From the NCBI RefSeq assembly GCF_947568905.1, contig NC_079172.1:15810001-15874000 (forward strand): 64,000 nucleotides of DNA, given 5' to 3'. Both the position numbers and the translations under genes were made by a program. The DNA comes from Ostrea edulis. Taxonomy: Eukaryota. Shown here in pieces: positions 37,161 to 51,048 of the stretch; position 1 is the stretch's first letter; the number at the start of each line of letters is the position of its first letter. The notes beneath the pieces were generated by a model. It was given only the letters and a program-made list of their open reading frames with translations. It made no database searches and was not told the origin of the DNA.

Positions 37161-40100
37161 CTGTAAAATTAATATCACTCTAATCATAAACAGGTGTGAC
37201 ACAGGTAACCTGTAAAATTAATATCACTCTAATCATAAACAGGTGTGGGACAGGTAACCTGTAAAATTAATATCACTCTGATCATAAACAGGTGTGAGAC
37301 AAAGGCAACCTGTAAAATTAATATCAATCTAATCATAAACAGGTGTGGGACATAGGCAACCTGTAAAATTGTTATCACTCTAATCATAAACAGGTGTGAG
37401 ACATAGGTAACCTGTAAAATTGTTATCACTCTAATCATAAACAGGTGTGACACAGGTAACCTGTAAAATTAATATCACTCTGATCATAAACAGGTGTGAG
37501 ACATAGGTAACCTGTAAAATTGTTATCACTCTAATCATAAACAGGTGTGGGACAGGTAACCTGTAAAATTAATATCACTCTGATCATAAACAGGTGTGAG
37601 ACAAAGGCAACCTGTAAAATTAATATCAATCTAATCATAAACAGGTGTGGGACATAGGCAACCTGTAAAATTGTTATCACTCTAATAATAAACAGGTGTG
37701 GGACAGGTAACCTGTAAAATTAATATCACTCTGATCATAAACAGGTGTGAGACATAGGTAACCTGTAAAATTGTTATCACTCTAATCATAAACAGGTGTG
37801 GGACAGGTAACCTGTAAAATTAATATCACTCTGATCATAAACAGGTGTGAGACATAGGTAACCTGTAAAATTGTTATCACTCTAATCATAAACAGGTGTG
37901 GGACAGGTAACCTGTAAAATTAATATCACTCTGATCATAAACAGGTGTGGGACAGGTAACCTGTAAAATTAATATCACTCTAATCATAAACAGGTGTGAG
38001 ACATAGGTAACCTGGAAAATTGTTATCACTCTAATCATTTCTAGATTCTAGAACAAAACTTCAAAGTTTTAATTGAAGTTTAGTCATCTTTCACGAAACT
38101 GCAATTTTATAAAAGTACTTAATGACCCTAACTGCCAATATTTTAAAACCCTGTTGTGCAATGTACAAGCACTTACATTGCTAATTAGTTGGAAACCCAT
38201 ATCATACTTACAAATCTGTTCCACCAACACGAGTGATTTTAAAAGTCATTTCAGCCATTCCACCAACGGGAATACGGTCACTTCCTGTTGTAAACAGCAG
38301 GAGACGTTTCTGTAGTTCATTCGACAGTGACAGCACTACCTCCCAAAAATTCCTAGAAATATATCATAGTATCTCAATGATTATCATAAAGAATCTAACC
38401 ATTCTAGCAGTGTTAAACATCATCAGTCACTAGATCCAAGATCTTCTAAAACAATATATCATTCTTTTTTACATCAATTTTACATCCAAACAAGGATATG
38501 ACTTTTTGCACTTAAAGCCCCTCTCATTGCTGTAAACACTATAGCATATATATTATGCCATTTCCTGTGTGCAACATTGTACCGTACATGCTTTTCCCTG
38601 TAAGCATACAATTTTCAGCACACCTGGGATATGATGTTTAACTTAATTAAAAAAATATTCTGCAACAGAGAAGTTCAGGCAAGGAAATGGACAGTTACCT
38701 GTAGCTAGAGCCATGCAATGAGATACATGTTGCTTATAGAGAAACAAGGTGTACAGAGTTAGAGAGCAGCATTACTTCATGTCACAAGCAGTTATTTGGG
38801 ACTTAAAGTTTAATTCTGTGGTTAAAACATGAAGACTTTCTTTATACATGTATCTCTCTGGCTAGGTCTGCATCTTCACAAAGAAATGTTGTTCCTCAGC
38901 TACATATGTATGTTTGAAAACACCTTTTTTCCAGTAATTCAACTAGTTATTCTATAGATTTTTCTCTGTAATATTCCATCTCATGTACAATTCTAGTTAA
39001 GATGTCAGATTTGGGACCCATGAAGCTAACTAAACAGATTTCCAGTGATCGTTCAGGATAAACCTAACAAGTTTCCCCTGGTACTTTTCACATCTATGTA
39101 CAATACCCAGAAAGAAGACTATAAAGTTGAACTAATGATGTTCTCCATTTAATGACAAAACTACATGTAGTATTGCCAGCATCACTATTGAAGAAACACA
39201 CACAACTGACTGATGAGTTAAGGAGATGTACCTAAGCACTGTTGAGTTTTCAGGAATGCTGTTTTCACAGCGATGTTACAATGGAAAGCAATCTTTAGTA
39301 GTATTCCATTCAAAGTTAGCATAACACATATCAGGTGATTTGTCATTATATACGGTGACTGTTACACAGGAAGCCTGGAACTGATGATGAAAATGGAGTT
39401 TAACGATAGGGTAATACAGACTGACTGTCACTCAAGCCCTTAAATAGTAAGTATAGCCCACTATACTACACGCAAAGAAGTTGTTAAATAAGAATATGAG
39501 CACAGGAAGAAATGAGGACACCAAGGTCAGACCAGTGATGAACTCGAAACTCACTTGACCACTTGATCCTGCGGACTGTATCCGTCATAGGTTGTAACTT
39601 TCCGTAGTTCGTTCATGTCCAGGATGGGGTTTCCACATACCAACATCTCCACCTCCTGGGGCCGCAACATCTAAAACACATACCATAAACTCAAACCTAC
39701 AGGGGCCGCAACATCTAAAACACAAACATATAGGGGCTGCAACATCTAAAACACAAACCTACAGGGGTTGAAGCATCTAAAACACAAACCTACAGGGGCC
39801 GCAACATCTAAAACACAAACCTACAGGGGCTGCAACATCTAAAACACAAACCTACAGGGGCCGCAACATCTAAAACACAAACCTACAGGGGCTGCAACAT
39901 CTAAAACACAAACCTACAGGGGCCGCAACATCTAAAACACAAACCTACAGGGGCCGCAACATCTAAAACACAAACCTACAGGGGCCGCAACATCTAAAAC
40001 ATAAACCATAAACTCAAACCTACAGGGGCCGCAACATCTAAAACACAAACCATAAACACAAAACTACAGGGGCTGCAACATCTAAAACATAAACCATAAA

Positions 40101-43100
40101 CACAAAACTACAGGGGCCGCAACATCTAAAACACAAACCATAAACTCAAACCTACAGGTACAAAGATTGAAATTACAGTAAAACTCAGTATCAATTACTT
40201 GTCTAGAGTGGAATTCCAATAAAAAAATATATCAGGGTTTTTAAAAGTTATATTAATTAATTTTTTTTTTTATGAGTGCTCAATCTGCAAGTTTTAATGG
40301 AATTAGTAGATTCAATTATTTGCAGATTAAATCAGATTGTAAATTGAGAAAATACAGCCAAACCTTGTTATCTCGAACTCAATGGGACCGAGAAAAAACT
40401 TCCAAGATATCCAAGGATTTAAAATATCGAGGGTAAAATACTTAAAGAACAAGAGATGTTTGTAAAACACATATGCCCCCCCATGGTGCAAAATTGAAAA
40501 GGGTTATACAAACACATCATTTAATTGAGAGTAGTATCATCAATTCAAAATATTGAGCAGACAATATCTTCCTATGTCAAGAGTGGATTGACCATGTAAC
40601 TTAAAAATCAATAGGGGTCATCAACTCCTGAAGATGTACCAGTGTACCAAGTTTGATGTCTGTCAAGAAAAGGGTTCTCAAGATATTGAGCAGACAGTAA
40701 ATTCCAATGTCCAGTTTGATCCTTGACCTTTAAACATGTGATCTCAAAATCAATAGGGGTCATTTTCTCCTAAAGATGTACCAGTGTACCAAGTTTGATG
40801 TTTGTCAAGCAAAGGGTTCTCAAGATACTGAGCGGACAGTATATTCCCATGTCCAGTGTGACCTCAAAATCAATAGGAGCATCTTCTCCTGAAGATGTAC
40901 CAGTGTACCAAGTTTGATGTCTGTCAAGCAAAGGGTTCTCAAGATATTGAGTGGACATTATATTCCTATGTCCAGTTTGACCCTTGACCTTTGACCATGT
41001 GACCTCAAAATCAATAGGGGTCATCTTCTCATGAAGGCATACCAGTGTACTAAGTTTGATGTCTGTCAAGCAAAGGTTCTCAAGATATTGAATGGACAGT
41101 ATATTCCTATGTCCAGTTTGACCCTTGACCTTTGATCATGTGACCTCAAAATCAATAGGGGGTCATCTTCTTTTGAAGATGTACTGGTGTACCAAGTTTG
41201 ATGTCTCTCAAGCAAAGGGTTCTCTAGACATTGAATGGTCAGTATATTCCAATGTCCAGTTTGACCCTTAACCTTTGACCATATGACCTCAAAATCAATA
41301 GGGGTCATCTACTCTTTAGGATGTACCAGTGTGCCAAATTTGATGTCTTTCAAGCAAAGGGTTCTCAAGATATTGAGCGGACATTATATTCCTATGTCCA
41401 GAGTAGATTGACCCTTGACCTTTGACCTGTAAAACAATAGGGGTCCTCTTCTATTCATAAACAACCCACATATAAAATATCATTATCATCAATTGAATGG
41501 TTCTCAAGATATTGAGCGGACAACATGTGGTCTACTGACCGACCGACAGGTGCAAACCAATATGCTCCTCTTCTTTGAAGGGGGCATAATAAGTGGTTGG
41601 GACTTCTGAATCACTTTGGCATATCCATGGTATTCGAGATATCGGTGTTCCAAATACCAAAGTTCAACTGTATTCTACTTTAACATTCATCATTTTTAAT
41701 CAACTTACAATAAGTGCATTTGAAGCACAGACACTATGAAATCCATGGTAGAAGGCTTGGAACTGGTGATATATTGATTTGTTCAGGATCCAGTCCACAT
41801 ACAGTTGCACATATTCTGTTAAAATATATCATTTACATACAAAACTGTTCTTTAATACTTATGCAAGCATGATTCATAGACCCTAGGCTTAAAATAAAAA
41901 TTGATTTGTTTGATGTACTCCGACCAACCCGTGAAATTTGTCCCGACCCAATCGTTTTTTCCACACTTCGAAATTTAAATTGTTATTTTTTGCTCCCTGG
42001 AAAGTAGACATTCTTCGAATTAGTTTTAAAGTCCCACCCCCTTTTTTTGGACTAGTTGTTTTACAGAATTTTTGTTACACTGTATCAAAATGTTCTTTGG
42101 GCGTCTTTTGGTTCTACTTTCGCTTTGATAATGACCATTTGTTAATCCAGGAACTTTTCAAACACTTTTCCACATGTATATGAACGATCAAATATACCGC
42201 ATCCCTGCTCCAAATTACCACATTATCTAACAACAAGATAGAGCAAGAAGCTACGAACTCCCCCGTCGAGGCCTGATCGTATTTGTGTACAAAAGTTTGA
42301 AAGCCATGTTACTTAAATAAAAAATCACGTGAGATATCGCATCAAAATTATGGCGGACCACAAGTCTGCGTTCAAGTTGATGGTCTATAAATATTTCTGA
42401 AAAAGCACGCATAAAATTTTGATGTGGGATTATTTAAACACATAATGCTGTCAGACAGAATAGAGTTTAGAACATTCATTTTGTACACATTGTATATAAT
42501 ACACGTAAATCTTCCACCGTCTTCTGAAATTTTCTCAGGACATTTTGTATTCGTCACGGATGAGGACCTCTACAGTTTTTATTACCACCGATTGATTCTT
42601 CTATTTGTGGTTTGACATTCATAATAGTAATCACTTAAACACTTTAATGTGATCCATGAATATCCAAGTGAATTACATGATGACGGCAATTTATAATCAG
42701 TTTTAATATTGCCCAATATAATTTTAAAGCCGACTTCACCGCATCATTGAGTGATAATCGTGGCATATCATACCTTTTCTGTTATCATTATTAACAGGAA
42801 TATTGGATCCATTAGGTTTGAGATCAATAGTTTTCATCACACCAAACTCTGTCACAGACACCTGTAATAGCAGAAAATAAAGTCCTCTACATTATGAATG
42901 AATTATATGTTGATTTTTACAGCGAATAGTAAAACTACCTGTGCTTTAATACTCAAATCAACATTCTAAAACTGTTTCAGATATTGGCATCAGCTGTTCC
43001 TGAGAGTTCTGAAAATATTTACAACAGATGCTAGGTGCCAAGTGAGGGCTAGCGTTGCTGTACTGAAGCCACAATGTCTGCCAGCACATTGAAATGCATG

Positions 43101-46100
43101 TTTCCTTTCATCAGATTAATTTGGAATGCAAGCCTAGCCTATAATCAAAATACAAGCTGCTCAACAAACACTCATTGTGAGAAGTCCTTTCGAACAAGAT
43201 TATTTTACATGTATCCCGTAGTTCCACCCTCCTGTGACGTCATAAGATTTCGCAAAGTCAAGGATTTAAATGCATGACAGGAAAATAAATTTTGTTGGAG
43301 TCTTTTTCAATAGTTATTGTGAAGAACCTTGTTAATCATGAAACATTTCAGAAGTCCAAGTTATATATGAATAATCAATTATATGTTTCAAAATATTGAA
43401 TCCAAGGGCAATAACTCTGTTTTCATTAAATTAATTATCAAATCTGCTATGTGACAGATTTCCTTTATCGTTTTAACCAGTTATTATGAAATTTTGATAA
43501 TGCTGTTTATTGAAAATTGCAATTTTCTAACGATGATAACAGGTATATGTGTGCTTAATAATAAAAACTTTATTATTATCGCAACATACATATTTCATCA
43601 TTTTTATGTGTTGCTAAGATATATTTGAAGAATCAACAATAGAACATAAAATTGAACCTACAACTCTAGAGGGGTGGAATTACCATCAATGATTCTCATG
43701 TATCAAGGCTGAATAACATGTATCTCTCTTATACCTTAAGGCTATATACATATGTCATTGAATTTTACATTTATGTTCCCCACAAACCTGAAAACTCAGC
43801 CCAAAGTCATCTTCAACATCACCATCATATTCTAAAAGGTCCTGTAAACCTTTTGCTACATCCTGAAAAATCAGAATCCAAATAAAAAGATCTTACATGT
43901 ATGTAGATAAGTACAAGAAACAAGCGTTTGAAAACTATGAATATTGACTGTCCCTTGTCGAAGGATTCATACAAAATCTATTGCACGCAGACTATGAATA
44001 AAGAGAGCATCTTCTTCATTCAGATTGCCACTGTGAACATTATTGTAATAAACTTACAGGCTGCACAGTTTTGAGGTCCTCTATACTCATCGTTGTGACA
44101 CCAACCATGGCTTGTGGGTTGTTATAAGGCACCACTGCTGGACTCAAAAGCTTCTTAAAACAGCATGGAGGGAAATGAATGTCTAAAATAATACTGTTGT
44201 ACACTGCTAAGCCCATTAGCTAAAGTTTTTGTTAAGGGAGGATATTCAGCATAGTAAACAACAGCAGGCCAAGTGGGTACCCCCTTGCAACATGGCATCA
44301 TTCAATCAGTTACCATTCTCAAAGATAAGTATACATAATTTTTATGAAATATTTACATGTTGCCATAACCCCTCTAGCGACCCAAGTGGTCTATAATACA
44401 ATTACAATAGAGTAACATTAATCTTTCTTAAGATATACTAACACACATACAATATTTATGCCCCCCTTCAAAGAAGAGGAGCATAATGCTTTGCACCTGT
44501 CGGTCGGTATGTCAGTAGACCACATGTTGTCCGCTCAATATCTTGAAAACCATTCACTTGATCATAATGATATTTCATATGTGGGTTGATTATGAGTAGA
44601 AGTTGTTTGTGTTGTTTTTCAGGTCAAATGTTCAATGGTCAAGGATCAATCCACTCTGGACATAGGAAGATACTGTCCGCTCAATATCTTGAGAAACTTT
44701 TCATTGACAGACATTAAACTTGGTACACTGATACATTGTGAAGAGTAGATGACTCCTATTGATTTTGAGGTCACATGGTCAAACATCAATGGTCAAACTG
44801 GACATAGGAATAAACTGTTCGCTCAATATCTTGAGAACCCTTTGCTTGACAGACACCAAACTTGGTACACTGGTACATCTTCAGGAGAAGATGACCCCTA
44901 TTGATTTTGAAGTCACATGGTCAAAGGTCAAGGGTCAAACTGGACATAGGAATATACTGTTTACTCAATATCTTGAGAACCCATTGCTTCACAAATATCA
45001 AACTTCGTACACTGGTACACCTTCAGAAGATGACCCCTTTTGATTTTTAGGTCACATGGTCAAAGGTTAAACTGGACATAGGAAGATACTGTCATCTCAA
45101 TATCTTAAGACCCCTTTGTTTGACAGACAGCAAACTTGGTATACTGGTATATCTTAAGGAGTATATGACCCTAACTGATTTTCAGGTCATGTGGTCAAAA
45201 GTCAAGGTTTAAACTGGACATAGTAATATAACGTCTCCTATATTCTAAGAAATTTGCTTCATTGACACAAAACTTGGTACACTGGTACAGCATAAGGAGT
45301 AGATGACCCCTATTGCTTTTAGGTCACATGTTCTGTCCATTCTTGACATAAGAAGATATTGTATGCTCAATATTTTGAATTGGTGATACTACTATCAATT
45401 AATGCATGTGTATAACCCTTTTCAATTTTGCACCATGTTTTACAAAGATCTCTTTGTTATTTATGATATTCTTTTCCCATATCAATAATAGGATGAAACT
45501 ATTTTAAATGTGTTGATGAACATTTAATAATGTTCATCAGCAAATTAGTAAAATGATGACAATTCACACCACAAAAAATATTTGTTAAAAGGATACAACA
45601 CCCACAAGGTTAAACTCCTGGTAACTTTCACATTGTGCAGAACTGAACCAATGGACACTGGCTCTTTTGTCATGCGTAAACATCCCTGTAAAAGAATAAT
45701 ATTCCTGACAGTGTTGGTAAGTCGTACATAGATAATTAAGTCTTGGTGTCTGAATATTGATGACATTGTGATTTCTGTATGCAATCAAGTTGTGATACTG
45801 TATATATCAGATGCCAACGGTCCCGTGGGGATTCGGGTTAGAATAAGTCTTCAGTACCCCTTGCTTGTCGTAAGAGGTGACTAAATGGAGCGGTCCTTCA
45901 GACGAGACCGCAAAAACCGAGGCCTCGTGTCACAACAGGTGTGGCACGATAAAGAACCCTCCCTGCTCAAAGGCCGTAAGCGCCTAGCATAGGCCTAAAT
46001 TTTGCAACCCTTTACCGGCAGTGGTGACATCTCCATATGAGTGAAAAATTCTCGAGAGGGAGGCTAAACAATATACAATCAATCAGATGCCAATGAGCCG

Positions 46101-49100
46101 AGTGTGTTGTCTCTAATGTAATCTGCCTGTTTTATTCTATTATTTTGAACCCGTGATTTAATCTTCCATCAGCTTACATAACCTAGACTGCAATTTCTCA
46201 CCTGTATAATACATTTGTTATTATATCTATAATTATCGTATGCTTTTATTGTGTTCTTATTTCTAGATGTCTATTGTTTTTCACAGGAAGCTCATTTACA
46301 AGTAAAATTCTCGGTATTACATACATTTTACACTGTAACTTAAACATTAAAAACCATCAAGCAGAGATTTTGATAACCTCCCACCCACCTAATCACCCAA
46401 CCCTATGATTTGACAAAATGCACAAACTTAAGTCATTTTGAAAACGTGTTCTCCATAAAATCATAGATACTAAACCTTATTTTTATGAATAGATTTGATA
46501 CAGCCTGTTAAAACTCAACACAATGAAGAATTCAATGACGTATAAGTGACAGTACACAATTTGTTGAAACTACTTATCTAATATCAAGAGATTAATTTAC
46601 ATTACCATAATCGGAGTGGAAGATCTGCCGGACTAACAAAAGAAACCACTCCTTGGTCAAGCCTCCCATATCCAGTCCAGGTTCTCCTGCAAATGTGACC
46701 TTTAGCTTCTTCTTGAGATCATGCTGCTTGCGAGCAATCTCATTCAGTGAGTCCGAGACTAAATGAGATCTCCTCACCGTCAGATTTAAAAATAGCATTC
46801 CAACATCTGGCATCTGCCTTCGTTGTACCTTGGCTACAAGACTTCTCTAGGGAAGACAATTTTTACATAATTAGAATGTGTAACAGTGTTGCTAATTCTA
46901 ATTCCATAAATGGTCATGCACTGCATACATACAGTGAAGAAAATGTATATATCTGTTTGAAAGTTAATCCCGGTATACAAAAGGTGAAAAATGGTAAAAT
47001 GGCAAAAATGTCCCAATACATTCACTTTGTGAATGGGGTTTCTTTCAAATCCTTACCCTGGCCATCATTATCATTTAATTTGCTGACGGGTATAAGAAAT
47101 CCTTACCCTGACAGGCTTTATAAGAAATCCTTACCCTGACGGACTTTTTAAGAAATCCTTACCCTGGCGGGCTTTATAAGAAATCCTTATCCAGATGGGC
47201 TTTATAAGAAATCCTTACCCTGGCGGGCTTTATAAGAAATCCTTATCCAGATGGGCTTTATAAGAAATCCTTATCCTGATGGGCTTTATAAGAAATCTTT
47301 ATCCAGATGGGCTTTATAAGAAATCCTTATCCTGATGGGCTTTATAAGAAATCTTTACCCTGACGGGCTTTATAAGAAATCCTTACCCTGGCCATTATTA
47401 TCATCTGCTGCTCACTGTCTCGCTGTAATATGGTTCGCTTGGCATTGATGCTCAGAATAAATGGGTACTGACAGAAAGAAAATCTGAAACAAAACAAACG
47501 GACAGGTTTATGATCAGACACTTATGTCGTGTATTTCTGTTACATTCACTTCGTAATATTACTTTTGATACTATGAAACACAGTCAGGTTCATTTTAAAG
47601 ACAATATGATTCAAAACCTCATTTACATTTTGAGGTGCAGAAAACTGTGCATGTGCAAAAACTCAAAAAAGTTTTATGCAATGATCAAGCTATTGAACAT
47701 GCAACCAATTACATGTATAAAGTAATTTTATGATCTCTAATGGTTCAAAATAATCATACATGTAACTTAATTCAAAGTGAAACCTACTCCTGTAGATATT
47801 TTAGACATGATTATTTCTTTCCTTCAATTTTGATGAAAATATAAATCTTAAGTATGTCTACTGGTGTACAATTTGAGACAGAGCACTTTTCCATTAAATT
47901 TAGTTATATTCTATAAATGAGTAAGTTATATAATATTTCCATGATACGCCCCCTATAAAAATCTCTCCCAGAAATCTTAACACTCTTTAATAACTTATCA
48001 CAACAAAGAATATTCTTTCAGATTCTCAGATTTATCAAGAGTTTATGTAAAATCTCGGATTCTCCATTGGCGAAATCTATTAGGTTTGTCATCCTCAATA
48101 AATGTAATAATGACCATTAATTCTGCAAGACTTAGTATTGGCATTTATCAGTGCAAATATTGTGAATTATATACACCTTGTTTGTGTCTTTTTAAGAAAT
48201 AAATTTTATTTTTGAAAATACATAACTGTGACCCTTCATGTTGGCATACTTTATGAAGTTAAATTAGAATTTAAAGCTTCCTGAAAAGTATGCAGGGAGG
48301 TGAACTGTTATAGTTCATACTCTAGCTCATGTATTTTTCAAAAATAAAAATTATTTTTCATAATTATTTACATTCTAATTACATTTGACTTGGAATTCCC
48401 AGATGTTAAAGGGAAAGGCAACCCTAACCACATATTTGCTTTTATGAATAAAGTATTACTTATTGATATCGTAATTGACAGTCTTTAACGAAAAAAATCC
48501 TTGATTAACAATTAAATCAATATTAATCTATCATGTATTTTAAATTACCCTCCGCTAAGAGAGTGGCCATTGAAGTGTAATTTATGACGTCACACAGTCT
48601 ATTCTGGTTTATTTCATCAGCAGCACTGTAAACATGACAAGTCACGAACAGTTAAGTTTGGAGCCGTATAGATTTGAGCCCGTTCTTTCACAAGAAGAAA
48701 TTGAGAAAAGAAGACGTTCAATCGAGTCAAAGACAAGGCAGATGGTAAACGTTCTTCATACAAATGTCTTGAACCTTAACTTGTCATTACGCAAATGATG
48801 GATCCAGTTTACGCAGTCTTTTCTTTTCAAATTACCTGATTGAGTCGGGAAATTCGAAAAAAAAACAAAAAAACAACCCAACCTTTATTCACATCTCCCC
48901 TTCGCATTAGTGTAATTAACTGCTTGCCAGGAAGGCATCAACCTATTCATTCGTAAAATCTACCACATGTACAACATTGATGATCTCACAGGTGCTAGGG
49001 TTCAGGACACCTCCCCGCCCTCCGAATAAGCTACAAGAGTTGATTTAATTAATTTTTTTGTTGAAAATATTTCTAATACATGTCAACGTCTTGCATACCC

Positions 49101-50589
49101 ATAAAGTCCAAAATACATGTAATTCAAAATAAACCCTTTAAAAAAAAATACCCTCACTGGTAAGTTCTGTTATAATAACCAGTGAGGGCATTTTTTCAAA
49201 GGGTTTATTTTGAATTATTTTGGACTCTATGGGTATGCAAGACATTGTTGACATGCATTAGAAATATTTTCAAGAAAAAAAAAAATTAAATCAACTCATG
49301 TAGTTTATTGGGAGGGTGGGTGGGGGTGGGGTGGTCCTGAACCCAAGCACCTGTGGATGATCTTAGAATCTCATCAAAACTGGAACAGACGGTGTGACCT
49401 CAAAATTATTGATTTTTGTGGTCTTGAATACAAAAGAGTCACACATCATGGCAGCCCCTATAGATCACGGGAATTTCAATTTTTGACGTTTTCAAATTAG
49501 TACTGAAGCTTATCTAGGCCATATATCAACAGAATTGTATGACATATCTTTATCATATGATTAATCCTATCATTTATCATGTAAAAATCTTTTGGGTTGC
49601 CTTTCCCTTTAAAATAGACATACACGTATTCATCAAGATTCATACGCATATTGTTCACAACTGCAGCGCATTCACGAGGAAATGACTATCATTACAAATT
49701 GTAAAGATATAAGCCAAAAAAGATCAGAAATGTAAATATTAAAGTTTGAATTGCATGAAAAATCTTGAGGTGCCACTGGTGACATAAATTTTACAATGAA
49801 ATGCTGTAGAAGTGTTATTTTGATTAAGAGTACCCTGCACAGGAACTTGGGTTCTGTATTTTACAATGAAATACCATAGAAGTGTTATTTTCATTAAAAG
49901 TACCCTGCACAGGATTGAGGTGCCTCTTTAGGGACATGTATTTTACAATGAAATGCTGTAGAAGTGTTATATTCATTAAGAGTACCCTGCACAGGAACCT
50001 GTATTTTACAATGAAATATTATAGAAGTGTTATTTTCATTAAGAGTACCCTGCACAGGAACTTGGGTTCTGCCATGTGTAGTACTCGGCCATTAAATCCA
50101 GATGATCCAGCATGGGGTTATAGAAGTCTGTGTATTGCACAGTTGTGGGACTAGTCAAATTGTTGGCAGCATCTGTAAAACGAATTTAAATCAGTTCTAA
50201 AATATCTATAATTTAAATATCAAAATCATTATGGTTATTATTCAGGGTCTGGTCTAATAAAAGAGGATTTGAGCTGAAAATTTTCAAATTTTATTTTTCC
50301 ATTTCTAATGTTTAGAATGTTAAGGTATTTCTAATGGTCAGGAAAAATTTTAAAGTCAGTTGTCGAGGTACATGGGAGATACAGAGCTCACAATTCTTTG
50401 TTATGTAAACAAGGCTCGTGCCATGTTTTTGTTTACATATAGGCTAGATATACCAGTAAAAGTTCGTTTAAAGCAGAGTTTTCAATTTACAAGTTAATTC
50501 TGAACATAATTTAATACTTTCTAGTGTTTAGCACTTCTCATTTTGTTTTAAACATGAGATTTTCTATTATGCAATCTATATTAATAAAC

Positions 50590-50622
<33 letters not shown>

Positions 50623-50900
50623 AATAATGGCCAATTCCAAAGATGGCCAAGGACACAAGGACAAATATCTTGGTACCAGTAGAAAGATCTTGTCACAAGA
50701 AATGCTTATGTGCACTATGAAAGCTCTAATATTTACCATTTAGAAGTTATGACCAATGTCAATTTTTTAAAAAGTAGGTCAAATGCCAAGATCAAAAGGT
50801 TTAGTACCCACGGAAAGGTCTTGTCACAAGGAATACTCATGTGAAGTATGAAAGCTCTAGCACTTACTGTTCAAAAGTTATTAACAAGATTAATGTTTCC

Positions 50901-50936
<36 letters not shown>

Positions 50937-51011
50937 ATCAAAAATGGTGGTACCCATGGAAAGGTCTTGTCACAAGGAATATCCATGTGAAATATCAAAG
51001 CTCTAGTACTT

Positions 51012-51048
<37 letters not shown>

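Noticed and set aside
37138-38038. CRISPR-like appearance of regularly repeated ~50-bp units (also 18662-19097 and 55476-55851)
   Set aside because: There are no unique spacers, the context is eukaryotic, and there are no cas genes; these are plain tandem repeats.
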